Shown here piece after piece: positions 54,016 to 64,000 of a stretch of DNA of 64,000 nucleotides. Both the position numbers and the translations under genes were made by a program. The stretch's first letter is position 1. Every line of letters begins with the position of its first letter. This DNA is from Psilocybe cubensis (taxonomy: Eukaryota): the NCBI GenBank assembly GCA_017499595.2, contig CM039001.1, positions 3,348,001 through 3,412,000 on the forward strand. The letters run 5' to 3'. The notes beneath the pieces are model-generated. The model was not told where the DNA came from, searched no databases, and saw only the letters and a program-made list of their open reading frames with translations.

Positions 54016-54622
54016 CTCAACGTGAACCTTTCAAGAATTAGACACCTGCGGCGATGGAATATATAGTTGTGGGTTGTGCTGAGAGTGCTTCCAGAAATCA
54101 ACCACTGTCGGCGTTAGTGTCACGTCGCGTCATCACAACAAATTTATATCACGTGTCCGTGGTTGTGAATCGATTTTGGTTGATGAAACCTTCATGAATA
54201 AACATTGTTTTCAAACCACGAAGTCGTAAAGCAAGACATCGACCTAGCAGTCAGTAAATATCCACGTATTCCAATTTTTTTATCGATTTAAACCTCTTAA
54301 TAGTGTGCATGCATCTCGAAACCCGAGACGACCTCATTGCCCCTATTTTCATGGAATACCAAACGTATCATTGCTATCACAAAATGAATATGCCGTGTGC
54401 GCTTCATCTTGACTTGCGATTTGCGTTTCGCTTAGGCCTTCGGTCTTGACGGTTGAATACAGGCCTCAGGTCAGCTCTCCGCGCTCACAAATTTTACAAC
54501 TATGTTGTTTATTCTATTCCTCGTACTTAAGTCCTCGTCTTTCCCACATGATTGTCCCCATAGAATTGAACATCAAGGCGGACTATATTTTACTAAGTTT
54601 CTGATTCTGTCTTCATTAAACC

Positions 54623-54624
54623 TA
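54623..54624. other. Empty TA target site of the MITE
   Basis: Reads ttcattaaaccTActgatgttg, versus TA-[592 bp]-TA in copy A. Confidence 0.95.
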
Positions 54625-56383
54625 CTGATGTTGTACGCGGCCCATCTTGAAACAGGACAACGATTTTCAAAAAATACTTGATCAAATTCTAATATATTGG
54701 TATGATGCGATTTGATTAAGTTGACAAGGTATGATACTTTCGGATTCGATTATGCTGCATCAGCACGCTAATCCTAAGTGCTCCTAGATATTGCTTCAAG
54801 AAAATTAAATCAAGTGACGTAGCAATAGGCGGGGCTCCCCCACCCCAGACCATTTATCGTGCATACCCCGCGGCGGAAGTGTTCCGACATCGGAGGATGA
54901 CAATTGATATAGTTCACTTTTACGGGTTTGTTTAACATCGTGTGCGATTTTTCTAATTCTTATGGCGTCTACTTTTCTGGGTATAGAACACATCATGCCA
55001 TAGACACATTATTATGATGTCCCGAATGTGTGTTATCGTCGAGTAACGATAGCATTGCTGTTCCAAACGGCAGGCCTATCTCAAGCCACACTGCCGCATA
55101 CATCGGATTGTACCTGCTAGCCGCTAGAACGCCACGAGGAGTTATTCAAGCGGCTGTCCCCTCGGTCAATGATGTGCAAGGCTGGTGGTTGGCTGGTAGT
55201 ACCCATTTCCTCCAAAAGGTAGGAGTCATACTCTGTGAATTTTTACTGCGAGCAGGTAAACCCAGCTATAGCATCTTAGCAAATATCCAAAGCGCATACC
55301 TTTCAGTAACGAAGCGTTTAGGCTATCATCGCTGCCGCCTTCTGCCGCATTGAAGTGTGGGTTGCCGTATTAGTATTGTACCTGGAAAGGAGAATCTGCC
55401 ATTCGATTTGTTGTTTATTGTGGACCAAACGCTGGTAAGTATGAGCAGAATTTTATGATCGGCTTGTGTGTACAACCTCCACCGTTTTATGTCAGGTGTA
55501 TACCCACATCAGTCTTAGGAAGCGATTCCATTACTTCCCACTACAATTGCAAGGCGTGCGTGACACACCTCCAAGATTCAATTTCACTATTGTCAACATT
55601 CATTGGCTCATTATGCTTTTAAAGGACAATGGATCAACGGTGGATATATCTAGCTGGCAATGATTGGACGGAAATAGCTGATGTTGTCAGACCCATGTGC
55701 ACGGCCAGACATGGTCAATGATCAAACATAGTTCAGAGCTGTCCACAAACATTGACACTGTGGTCCTCCCTGTGAGTTCCGAGTAGAGGCTAGCCCTCGT
55801 CATAACGCGATATGTCATAGCGGACAACTGTGGAAACCGCCGTCTGGTATCGCCCCTTTTCCCATATTCAATCATCCTTTTCCGAGAGAAGCATCCAACG
55901 AAGTGGTCATATCATCATTCAGACAAAGTTGCCCAGACATCAGCTTCTTTCTAATCTCGTCTTTGATCAAGCCCCATCAAATCAGGTCTGAATGGATCTG
56001 CAATGTGCACCTTTTTCGTCGACCACTAAGTTTAGTCACGTTCCGCGACATACCCCCGAGAGGCTACAGCATCATAGGGACGGCTTCTTTCTCTCAAGTT
56101 TCCGGTGGCACACATGAGCATCCCCACGCCCTGTATGTTACGTAGGGATACCGAGATCTCAGATTTTGTGGCTAATCTTTTCTGTGTTTTTTTATCGCGA
56201 ACCTTACCGATCGCTTTTCAAATAGGTCCACATTCGTCTTACGGATGAGTGCCCCCGATTGACCCAACTGGATTGTTCCCATAAATGTCCTAGGGACAAA
56301 CTCGTGGCTTTTCTCTTAAGAGCTTGACGAGACCAGCCAATGTGGTCGCCAACCTCCAATTTTCTACCCTCCTCCAATCCCCC

Positions 56384-57477
56384 ATGCCTTCTCCTCTCCT
56401 CTCTCGCCTAGGCAGCTCGATGCAGGCCACATCGTCAAGGCTAGGATACCATGCCTACACTATCTTCCTTTTCACTAAGTCGGACATCAAGACAACATTG
56501 ATTCCCGTGGTATGCGCGTCTCTTTTATTTTATTCCTCATTGATTTACCATTGATGGTTCAATTTTAGGGCTGCTTTGCTCTCGGTGCCGCCCCGCTCTC
56601 CCCCACTAATTCATTATCCCACGCCGTGCAAGCCATATTTTGGCTATGGCTACACCTCCTTCATTTCAATCTTGCGAATCAAGTACATGATCCAGAGGAG
56701 GACATGATCAACAAGCCATGGCGACCCATTCCCACCGGTCGTATCACTCTTGCACAGGCAACCGTTCTCCGATATCTTGCGCCATTCGTATGCATGGCAG
56801 TCTCGTTACTCTATAGCCGTGCAGTGTTCTATGCTGCATTAATCTTTGCTATTCTCGTCCCCATTTACCATGAAGCGAAGGGTGACTCCCACTGGCTCTC
56901 TCGCAACTTCATGAATGCCTTTGGATATGCATGTTTCTCGACAGGCTCAACTTTGATTGCATGTTAGAGTCTTTCATCAAACTTTGTTTATTTTCGTCAT
57001 CGCTAACTTTCTCTCCTTTTAGCACCAAACAGAGCGCAGCTCGATGTTCCGGGGGCGCTGTCAATATTTACCATTACAGCTATCCTAGCTACGACTATTC
57101 AGGCCCAAGACTTCCAGGATGTCATCGGCGACATTAAAACAGGAAGATTGACATTGCCGATAGCCTTTCCCAATTTTTCTCGATATACTCCTATGGTGTC
57201 CCTTCTTCTCTGGGTACCTTATTTGACTTCTGTCTGGGAGATCGGCACTGTTGGAACCATTGCCTTCACGGTTCTGACCATTATCGTTGGTCTGAGGTAT
57301 CTCCTTCTCAGATCAACGAAGGACGATCAATTATCTTACGTCTGGTACAATGTGAGTAGACAATTTTTATTCCATTCTTGTTCTCGATGTTGAACCTTTT
57401 GATTCAAGGTTTGGCTTGCCATTGCATTCTCCATGCCTGGATACTGGCGTTACTACAAGGAATCCGCTGCCCTGTAA
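56384..57477 (+). CDS. UbiA-superfamily prenyltransferase / candidate terpene cyclase, copy B
   Basis: Same as 14937-16030. Confidence 0.88.
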
Positions 57478-58083
57478 TCCATGATCATGAGGCATCCAAT
57501 GTCTACCACCCTTTGTAATTGTCCATAGCGTGTACTGTACCAGTTCCTATCAGTTCCTCCTCGCCTGTTGAAGTTACCCATCCAACATCATCCTAACTAC
57601 ACCGACTATAACCTGCTATAAATCGACACGTCACCAGCAACAACCACCTGTATTCTTCCATCACGACCCACTACGATAACCCACCGCCTCACGCTGACGA
57701 TTTCCGATTGACTCCGCAAACTTTCTTGTGCTTTGTACAATTTTCACAATTTCCAACCTTTCCAACCTTTTTCAACTCAGCATCATTATTTGTCCAGTAA
57801 TTTGTAATTGTACACCCCAACCTTTTGATCTCAGTCCAAATGCTTTATCACATTTTCCCCGCAGCATCCTATCGCCCTGACTCCTGATATTCTGTGCAAT
57901 GCTTTTTACGTCGCTGTCCGCTGTACTTACTTATCTACAGTAGTTTATGATCTAACTTGTACCGTATGTAACGAATCCCAGAACACCTGTTCCCGTTGAT
58001 GACTTCACAATCTTGCTACGATTCCACGCACCGTCGGGCTAGAAGGACATCAAATATTTAAATATTCAATAATGTACAATGGG

Positions 58084-59286
58084 AGGACCCCTGACAATAG
58101 GCCCAGAGGACGTTCCCGAAAAAGGTCGATTTTTGGGTTTTTTGTCCGTCGCGATTTTCAAAATTTCTGTCCGGATATAGAACGACCTACCAATTTTTTC
58201 AAAAATTTGTCCGGAAATCGGGAACAACCCTCGGGAGGCCCAATTTGTGTCCGGACAGGCCTAAAAATCGATTTTTTCGCCGCTGCGCGCGTTCAGCTGA
58301 GTTCAGTCGCAAATGGGACGCTTCAGAACAATGTTAAGAATCACTGTAATAAAAAAAAAACCTGCCTAGTACAATACAAAACCATAAAACGAGTATGCGA
58401 TGCAAAAAAAGCTATGTACTACTATCTAGGTTTCGCTTTGCAAACATTTTCATCGCTTTTTTGATGCTCCCTACTCCCTCAACCAATGTCTTGTAAAGCG
58501 AAATATCTTGCGCATGAACTTCAAAACCTGCTGCAGTGACAGACAAGGGTTTATGATAGAGGAGGGTGAGTAACTTGCAGGAAGGCAGGTGTGCAAATTC
58601 AGATACATTGAGCAAGGCAGTTTTGGTGGGTCTTGCAGTGAAGTAGAGGCCATGACTGTGCTCGAAGACTTGAAAAGATGCTTTTGAAAGGGCACAGACA
58701 TTGGTAGTAGTCGCAACCGGCTGGTTTCGTGAGTGCTTTCCGTTTGGTTTCTCACTCAAAGCAATGACTAAAGTACGGCGTGATCATTAGTCACTACATC
58801 GAAACAGCTCCAACTGATAGTCCACTTTACCTTTGCCAATCTGAATCCTATCATCAAGAAAAAGGAACTACAATTGAATGTGTGATGCAGAAAATCTATG
58901 TAATAATATCTAAATTTCGCTTTGCAAACATTTTCATTGCCTTTTTTATTCTCTTGAACTATGGGTTTACTAAGGGCAAAATACTAAAAAGGCGATATTG
59001 AGATTAGAAACAACGACGTAGTATCACAATACGAAGGGCGGGAGCGACTACACGCTCAGCCTCTATACTAACCGATGACTTATATTTTGAGGGTCGTTGA
59101 TCACGATATATGTCCGGTTTTTGGATCGACCTCGGCGGTCCTGCAACTTTTCTGTCCGGATTTTTGGAACGACATTTTGCTCAAAATCTGGGATTTCTGT
59201 CCGGTTTCGGAACGTCCGAAGGGGTCGATTTTCAAAATTTTTGTCCGTCCGACGGAACGTCCTCTGGGCCTATTGTCAGGGGTCCT
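58084..59286. mobile_element. 1203-bp TIR element with 8-bp TSD, copy B
   Basis: Same TIRs and ACAATGGG TSD as 16637-17839. Confidence 0.93.
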
Positions 59287-59487
59287 ACAATGGGCTTGTC
59301 GTAGCACGTCAATTATCAGCTGATTCCGGCGCTATTTAATTTTGGCCATGCAATTGAAAATAACAGGCTATGAAATGCTTATATACAAATGGTATCAATT
59401 AAGAAGGATTCTAAAGGAATAGAAGTAAAATAGGGCGCCAGTAGCCTCCAAGAATACAATACATGTAAAAGAAATTTGAAGGGAAAA

Positions 59488-62400
59488 TTACTTCTTGACA
59501 GGGGCTTTCTTCTTCTTTGGCGCTTTGATAAGAGAGTCTTTGGTTATATCTTCATCTAGGTCCTTGTTCTTCTCATCCTCTGAAACGTCATCTATCACAT
59601 CATCAACCTATAATGACAACGTGGCCAGTCAGAAACGTGGAATCATGCATGTTCTATAACCTACGAAGGCCTCTTCCAGGTCTGGGGCTGGGCCACCGGC
59701 AAGTTTCTTCGGAACCTTTCCTAAGTCTTGCGCTTTATGGAACGGTATAGGATGTTCGGAGGCGTTGTACCTTTATTAGATCACCAATTAGTCATCGAAA
59801 AAAATTAGCGCCCCTTGGTACACACTTTCGCGTCAAGGCTGTCTTTGTGGCCGTCGAAATTTTCTTCATGATAACATCGTCTTTCTTTTCGTCAACGCCC
59901 AGTTCGATAATAGTATCCCAGTCTTCTTTCGAAATGTAATATTCATCCATACGCTCAATGACTTCATCGACAGCACTCTGCCAGGATGTGGTTAACTGTT
60001 GACCTTTTTTTTTTTTGGGAGGATAGACTAAAGACGAGATACTCACAACACCTTCGTCCATGAGTGGTTTGACCATGTATGGGAACAAGGATGGAATATA
60101 TGATTGTCTGATCTCGGTTTTATCGCCTGATACTTTCAGTCGCATTCGGATTTGAACGTCGCCTAGTTGTCGGGCGAGTTTGTTCTGTTTCGAATTTTGG
60201 CCAAGCCACCTAATTAATAATTAAGCGCCTTGCACAACCAACACATCAGGAAAACGATTGAAAACATACTGAGGGAATGACATCGCATTTGGGCCTCCAT
60301 AACCTGCACCGTTTCCGTATAGGTTATATGTAGGGGTGACGGTAGAGCAAATCGCATGCAACGGCATCAGTCCCCAATGTTGTTCAGGCCTGAGTGAATA
60401 TCGACGATTACATCAGTTATTAAGCATTCACTTGCCTCGTGTTAAGAAGAGTAAAATGCACGCACCCGTGAATCAATGCGTCCACAAGATCTCCGTCTGA
60501 GATGGACGAAGCGGCGCGATCCATTAGCTGAAGTTCTCTCAAAATTTTCTCTGGCCCTTCAAGATTACGAATCCGAGCAGGTTCTGTTTTCAGATAATTT
60601 TCCTACCGATCCGTGAATACACCTCCGCGGATAACGTACGACGAATACTTCATACCTGGATGAATAAAGGAACAAATGAATGATCCTGGAAATAATAATC
60701 CATTTTGTCTCCCAAAGTTTCTCGTGAAGTCGGTGAGTAGACATATGGGCCTAATAGTTTTGAGGTGATGTCAAAAGGACTTAAAATAGAGTACTTCTGA
60801 TTCATCTTGGCACTAAAACGGGGACGCATGACAGTCTTGCTTTGTAGTGATAAGCGCACGGCGGAATAGAGTTACTCACAGGTCTTTTCCCTCGTCGAAG
60901 TCCATGGTGTCACTCGACAATTTCCATGTTGAGAGCATGTTGAGTACTTGGCGAATATCTGATTGTGCCCCATTGATGAGTTGGTCAATAACGTTGGCGG
61001 GTATTTTCATCTTCTCCCTTCGGAAGAATAAGAATCAAGCCATGAGGTAATTGATGACTTGTCACTTACTTGAAAGCGATGGTAAGAATTCTTGATCGTA
61101 TCGATTGCGCGGGAGGCCTTGAAACGAGTAATACTCAGTGATACATAAGCGTTTAATTATATTTTCAGACATACTTGTGAAAGGGGAGGCTAAAGGTCGT
61201 AGCCATCAAGGGCTTTAGCTTTTGCGCCTGGCGATCATTGGCAATGCAGATGATAGGAATCTGCTAGAAAATTAAGTCCGCTGACCTAAGAATTAGGCAA
61301 CGGTGCGGACCTTGGTTTTCTTAATCAAAGCGTTCAATGCCCCGACACCTCCACGGTCTCCAGCAGACATTCCGTCAACTTCGTCCATGATGAGACAAGA
61401 TTTGTCTGTAATCAAGACACCTAGGGAATTGGTTTCCTTAATGGAAAGATAAGCAACTGCAACTTCAAGAAAAATTGGCCGAGTTTACCGAAGCTCCTTT
61501 TACGAATCCGTCAAGCGATGTGTTGTTGATGTTCATGCCATTCTGTCGTCACGAGTCAGCTTGTTCGATTGACCTGTTGCGGTATAAAGCCTTACCTCGA
61601 CAAGCTTCTTACTGCGTGTATCGCTGGCATTCATTTCGATTGGGGTGAAGCCCTCAAGCTTCGCGCACAAGTGGGCACTAGTAGTCTTCCCGATTCCAGG
61701 GGGTCCCGTTATGAGAACCGCCCGATATAGATTCAAACCGTTCTTTCCAGGCTTCTTAAAACCACACTTTAAACTTGTGGGCCTGTGAAGATAACCATGT
61801 GAGTGAATGATGATGTTGTGGAGCGGGAAAAAAAATCCGTACCAGTCGTGCAGCCATTGCTGCAACTTTTCGACCTGGCCCTTGTTCCCACAAATGTCCT
61901 TCAGATTTTGAGGTGCATACCTGACAGTCCACAACTGTGTTTTGGGATCCACAACCCTCCCGCTCTGAGCCTCTGCCCGCTCCTTCTTTTCTCTCGACTC
62001 CATTTCCTTAGCTGCCCTCTTGATGTCCTCTTGTTCTTTTTCCAGTTTCTTTTTCGTTTTCTCGTCCACTTTGCCGTTGCCGAGCCCCTTGCGCGTTCCG
62101 ATCATATGCAAGAACTCATCTTCGTTAAGGGTTTTGATTCCGTGCTTCTTGATGGCATTAAGTTTGCTCGGACCTGCATTGTCGCCTAGCACAACATAAT
62201 CCGTTTTACTGGAGGGTTGCATTACAACGCGACTGGGTCATTCAAGACATTAGCAATATATCTTGAGGGAGAAAGGACGATCACTCACGCGCCAAAGCGC
62301 TTTCCCAAATCAATGGCTTCTTCGCGGGAGAAGCTACTCAATTCTCCGGTGAAAACAAGGGATAGCCCTGCGAGCGCATCGGGCGCGCCATCAGGGACCT

Positions 62401-63555
62401 CTTTAGAGCCATGAGCCGCAGGTCCGGCCAATTGAGCGGCTTTCTTCGCTGCCCAACTATTTTGTAGGTGACATGTTAATGTGTCAAATCTTCTGAGACA
62501 AATTACGGACTCACTTGAATTTCTTTGGCGCCTGCTGTGATGTCTGAGAATGAGAATCATCATGAACTTTTGTAGAAGATGCGTGTTCCGCTTTCGCTTT
62601 CGAGGCGCTGGCGACGGGATGTTTCTTGACCGGCGTTTTGCGTTGAGATGGTTTGGCGTCGAAATCGTCATCTTCCACAACAAAATTATCATCGTCATCA
62701 TCACTCTCCCCTGGGGATTCCGCATCATAGTCATCATCTTGAAACGCTTTTTTTGACTTAAGTTTGCTGGCGGTAGCTTTGGGTGTGGATTTAGAAGGTT
62801 TCGAGGAGGGGGTGGAAAGTTTCTTTCTAGGAGGTGTGTCTTCATCGTCACTGGCGAATAGTGTGGTGGACTTCTTGCGTTTCAAAGTGGTTTGCTGCTG
62901 CCTTCTAAAAAATGATTAATATAAAGCAATGCCAGGTAGATATAGTAACTAACGGTGTTGGTTTCTTCTCCTCCTCTGAAAATGATGATAAGACATGAGC
63001 TCGTTGAATAGCCTTGAAGAACTCACCTTCATCACTTGAAATTATCATGGTATGCTGTTTTGATTTGGCCGCGGAAGATTTCTTCACGGGCAATAATGGT
63101 TCATCATCACTATCCTCGATCACCAAAGGGGTTTGACTCTTCTGGGACCTGATCCAAATCTATGAACGAGGGAACGAGAAATGTAAAGGCACATACTCGA
63201 GGAGTGTTTTCTGACTTCCCCTTGGATTTCAAATGTAAGGTTCGACGCGTCATAGTGCACAAATGAGACAGCATACTTTGCTTTTGCTAACATATAACAT
63301 TGATTACTTCAGTGAAATCGGAACCTATCAACACGACTTACAAGATAGCCCAGAATTACTGTTTTGTGAAGCCACTGTCGAGGTCTGCGACACGTAATTT
63401 GTAATCTTTGCACTGTCTGAAAAGTAGAGGCATACCTGAGACGGCATACTCTTCGCTACAGGTTTTGGTTGCCCTCCTCCGGGTCCGAAAAACATTCGCA
63501 GATCGTTCCCTGACTTTGCGCCTTTTGCAGGCTTTGCCAGCTTTGGTGGTGCCAT
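59488..63555 (-). CDS. RFC1: Replication factor C subunit 1 (large subunit), complete, multi-exon
   Basis: Low-complexity N-terminus. BRCT domain (LAGLSLVFTGEL...PSSKTDYVVLGDNAGPSKL), LWTVRYAP, Walker A GPPGIGKTT, EMNASDTRSKK and Walker B IMDEVDGMSAGDRGG, then the RFC1 C-terminal domain. Confidence 0.96.
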
Positions 63556-63627
63556 TGCAATGAGTGTTGAGTGCGAGTGTGAAACCTTACCATCACGCTT
63601 TCTGTAAGTGTAACGCGATGTGACGGA

Positions 63628-63643
63628 ACGCGTATTCACGTGA
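63628..63643 (-). promoter_or_regulatory. Candidate MCB element (ACGCGT) and palindromic TCACGTGA box about 75-90 bp upstream of the RFC1 start
   Basis: ACGCGT at 63628-33 and TCACGTGA at 63636-43, with further CGCG cores and a second TCACGTGA (near 63813) close by. MCB elements are typical of fungal G1/S replication genes; function here is untested. Confidence 0.45.
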
Positions 63644-64000
63644 TATTAGATACGCCAAGCTTTCGCGTTGGGACCGAAATTGCAAAATGTAGTTCGTTAT
63701 TTCAGTTATCTACGCAGAGGGGACACATAATGCACGTCTATATACTTAATATGAACTTTAGCAGACTTTAGCTTCGCTGAATTTATGCTGGAAAAAGACC
63801 AAAGTGAATAAGTCACGTGATAAAATAACAACATGTGACAGTCATTACTGTGATGGTGGTGACTCGGTGGCACAATTATTTTCCCAGTGTCTCTTGACCT
63901 CAGTACAAAGCATCGTCAGTCCATCCTGACAACATGTTGCGTTTGTATAGGGCTTACTTGCACCCAAACTCTTTTCTTTAGAATACCTGGATGTTTTTTC

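Larger units (their letters stand above)
42042..61320 (+). repeat. Copy B of the ~19.3-kb duplication; lacks the 592-bp MITE and continues into the intact 5' part of RFC1
   Basis: Matches 1-19873 at offsets 42041 and 41447. The 594-bp offset change equals the MITE plus one TA. Confidence 0.97.

Overview
Intron-rich fungal DNA. The gene content and short GT-AG introns point to a mushroom-forming basidiomycete (inference). The window has three parts. (1) Bases 1-19873 (copy A) reappear at 42042-61320 (copy B). The only difference I found is a 592-bp TA-flanked MITE, present in A and cleanly absent from B. (2) A 100-N gap at 19874-19973 is followed by about 28 CCCTAAA units (TTTAGGG-type telomere, left-end orientation). 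The array is fused directly into the 3' end of the class II aldolase gene FBA1, which loses its C-terminus and ends at a TAG formed at the junction. (3) A gene-dense block follows: FBA1, SEC63, three CYP63-like P450s, a DUF6534-like membrane protein, FUR1/UPRT, ADE2, a Zn-finger-like hypothetical protein, a p31comet-like HORMA candidate, a UbiA-type terpene-cyclase candidate, a 1.2-kb TIR element with 8-bp TSD, and RFC1. The most striking signal is an apparent chromosome break inside a glycolytic gene, healed by de novo telomere addition and coexisting with a near-identical second copy of the region. Read-level data are needed to separate a real chromosome fragment from a scaffolding or haplotig artefact. 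Gene models were read by eye, so exon boundaries are approximate.
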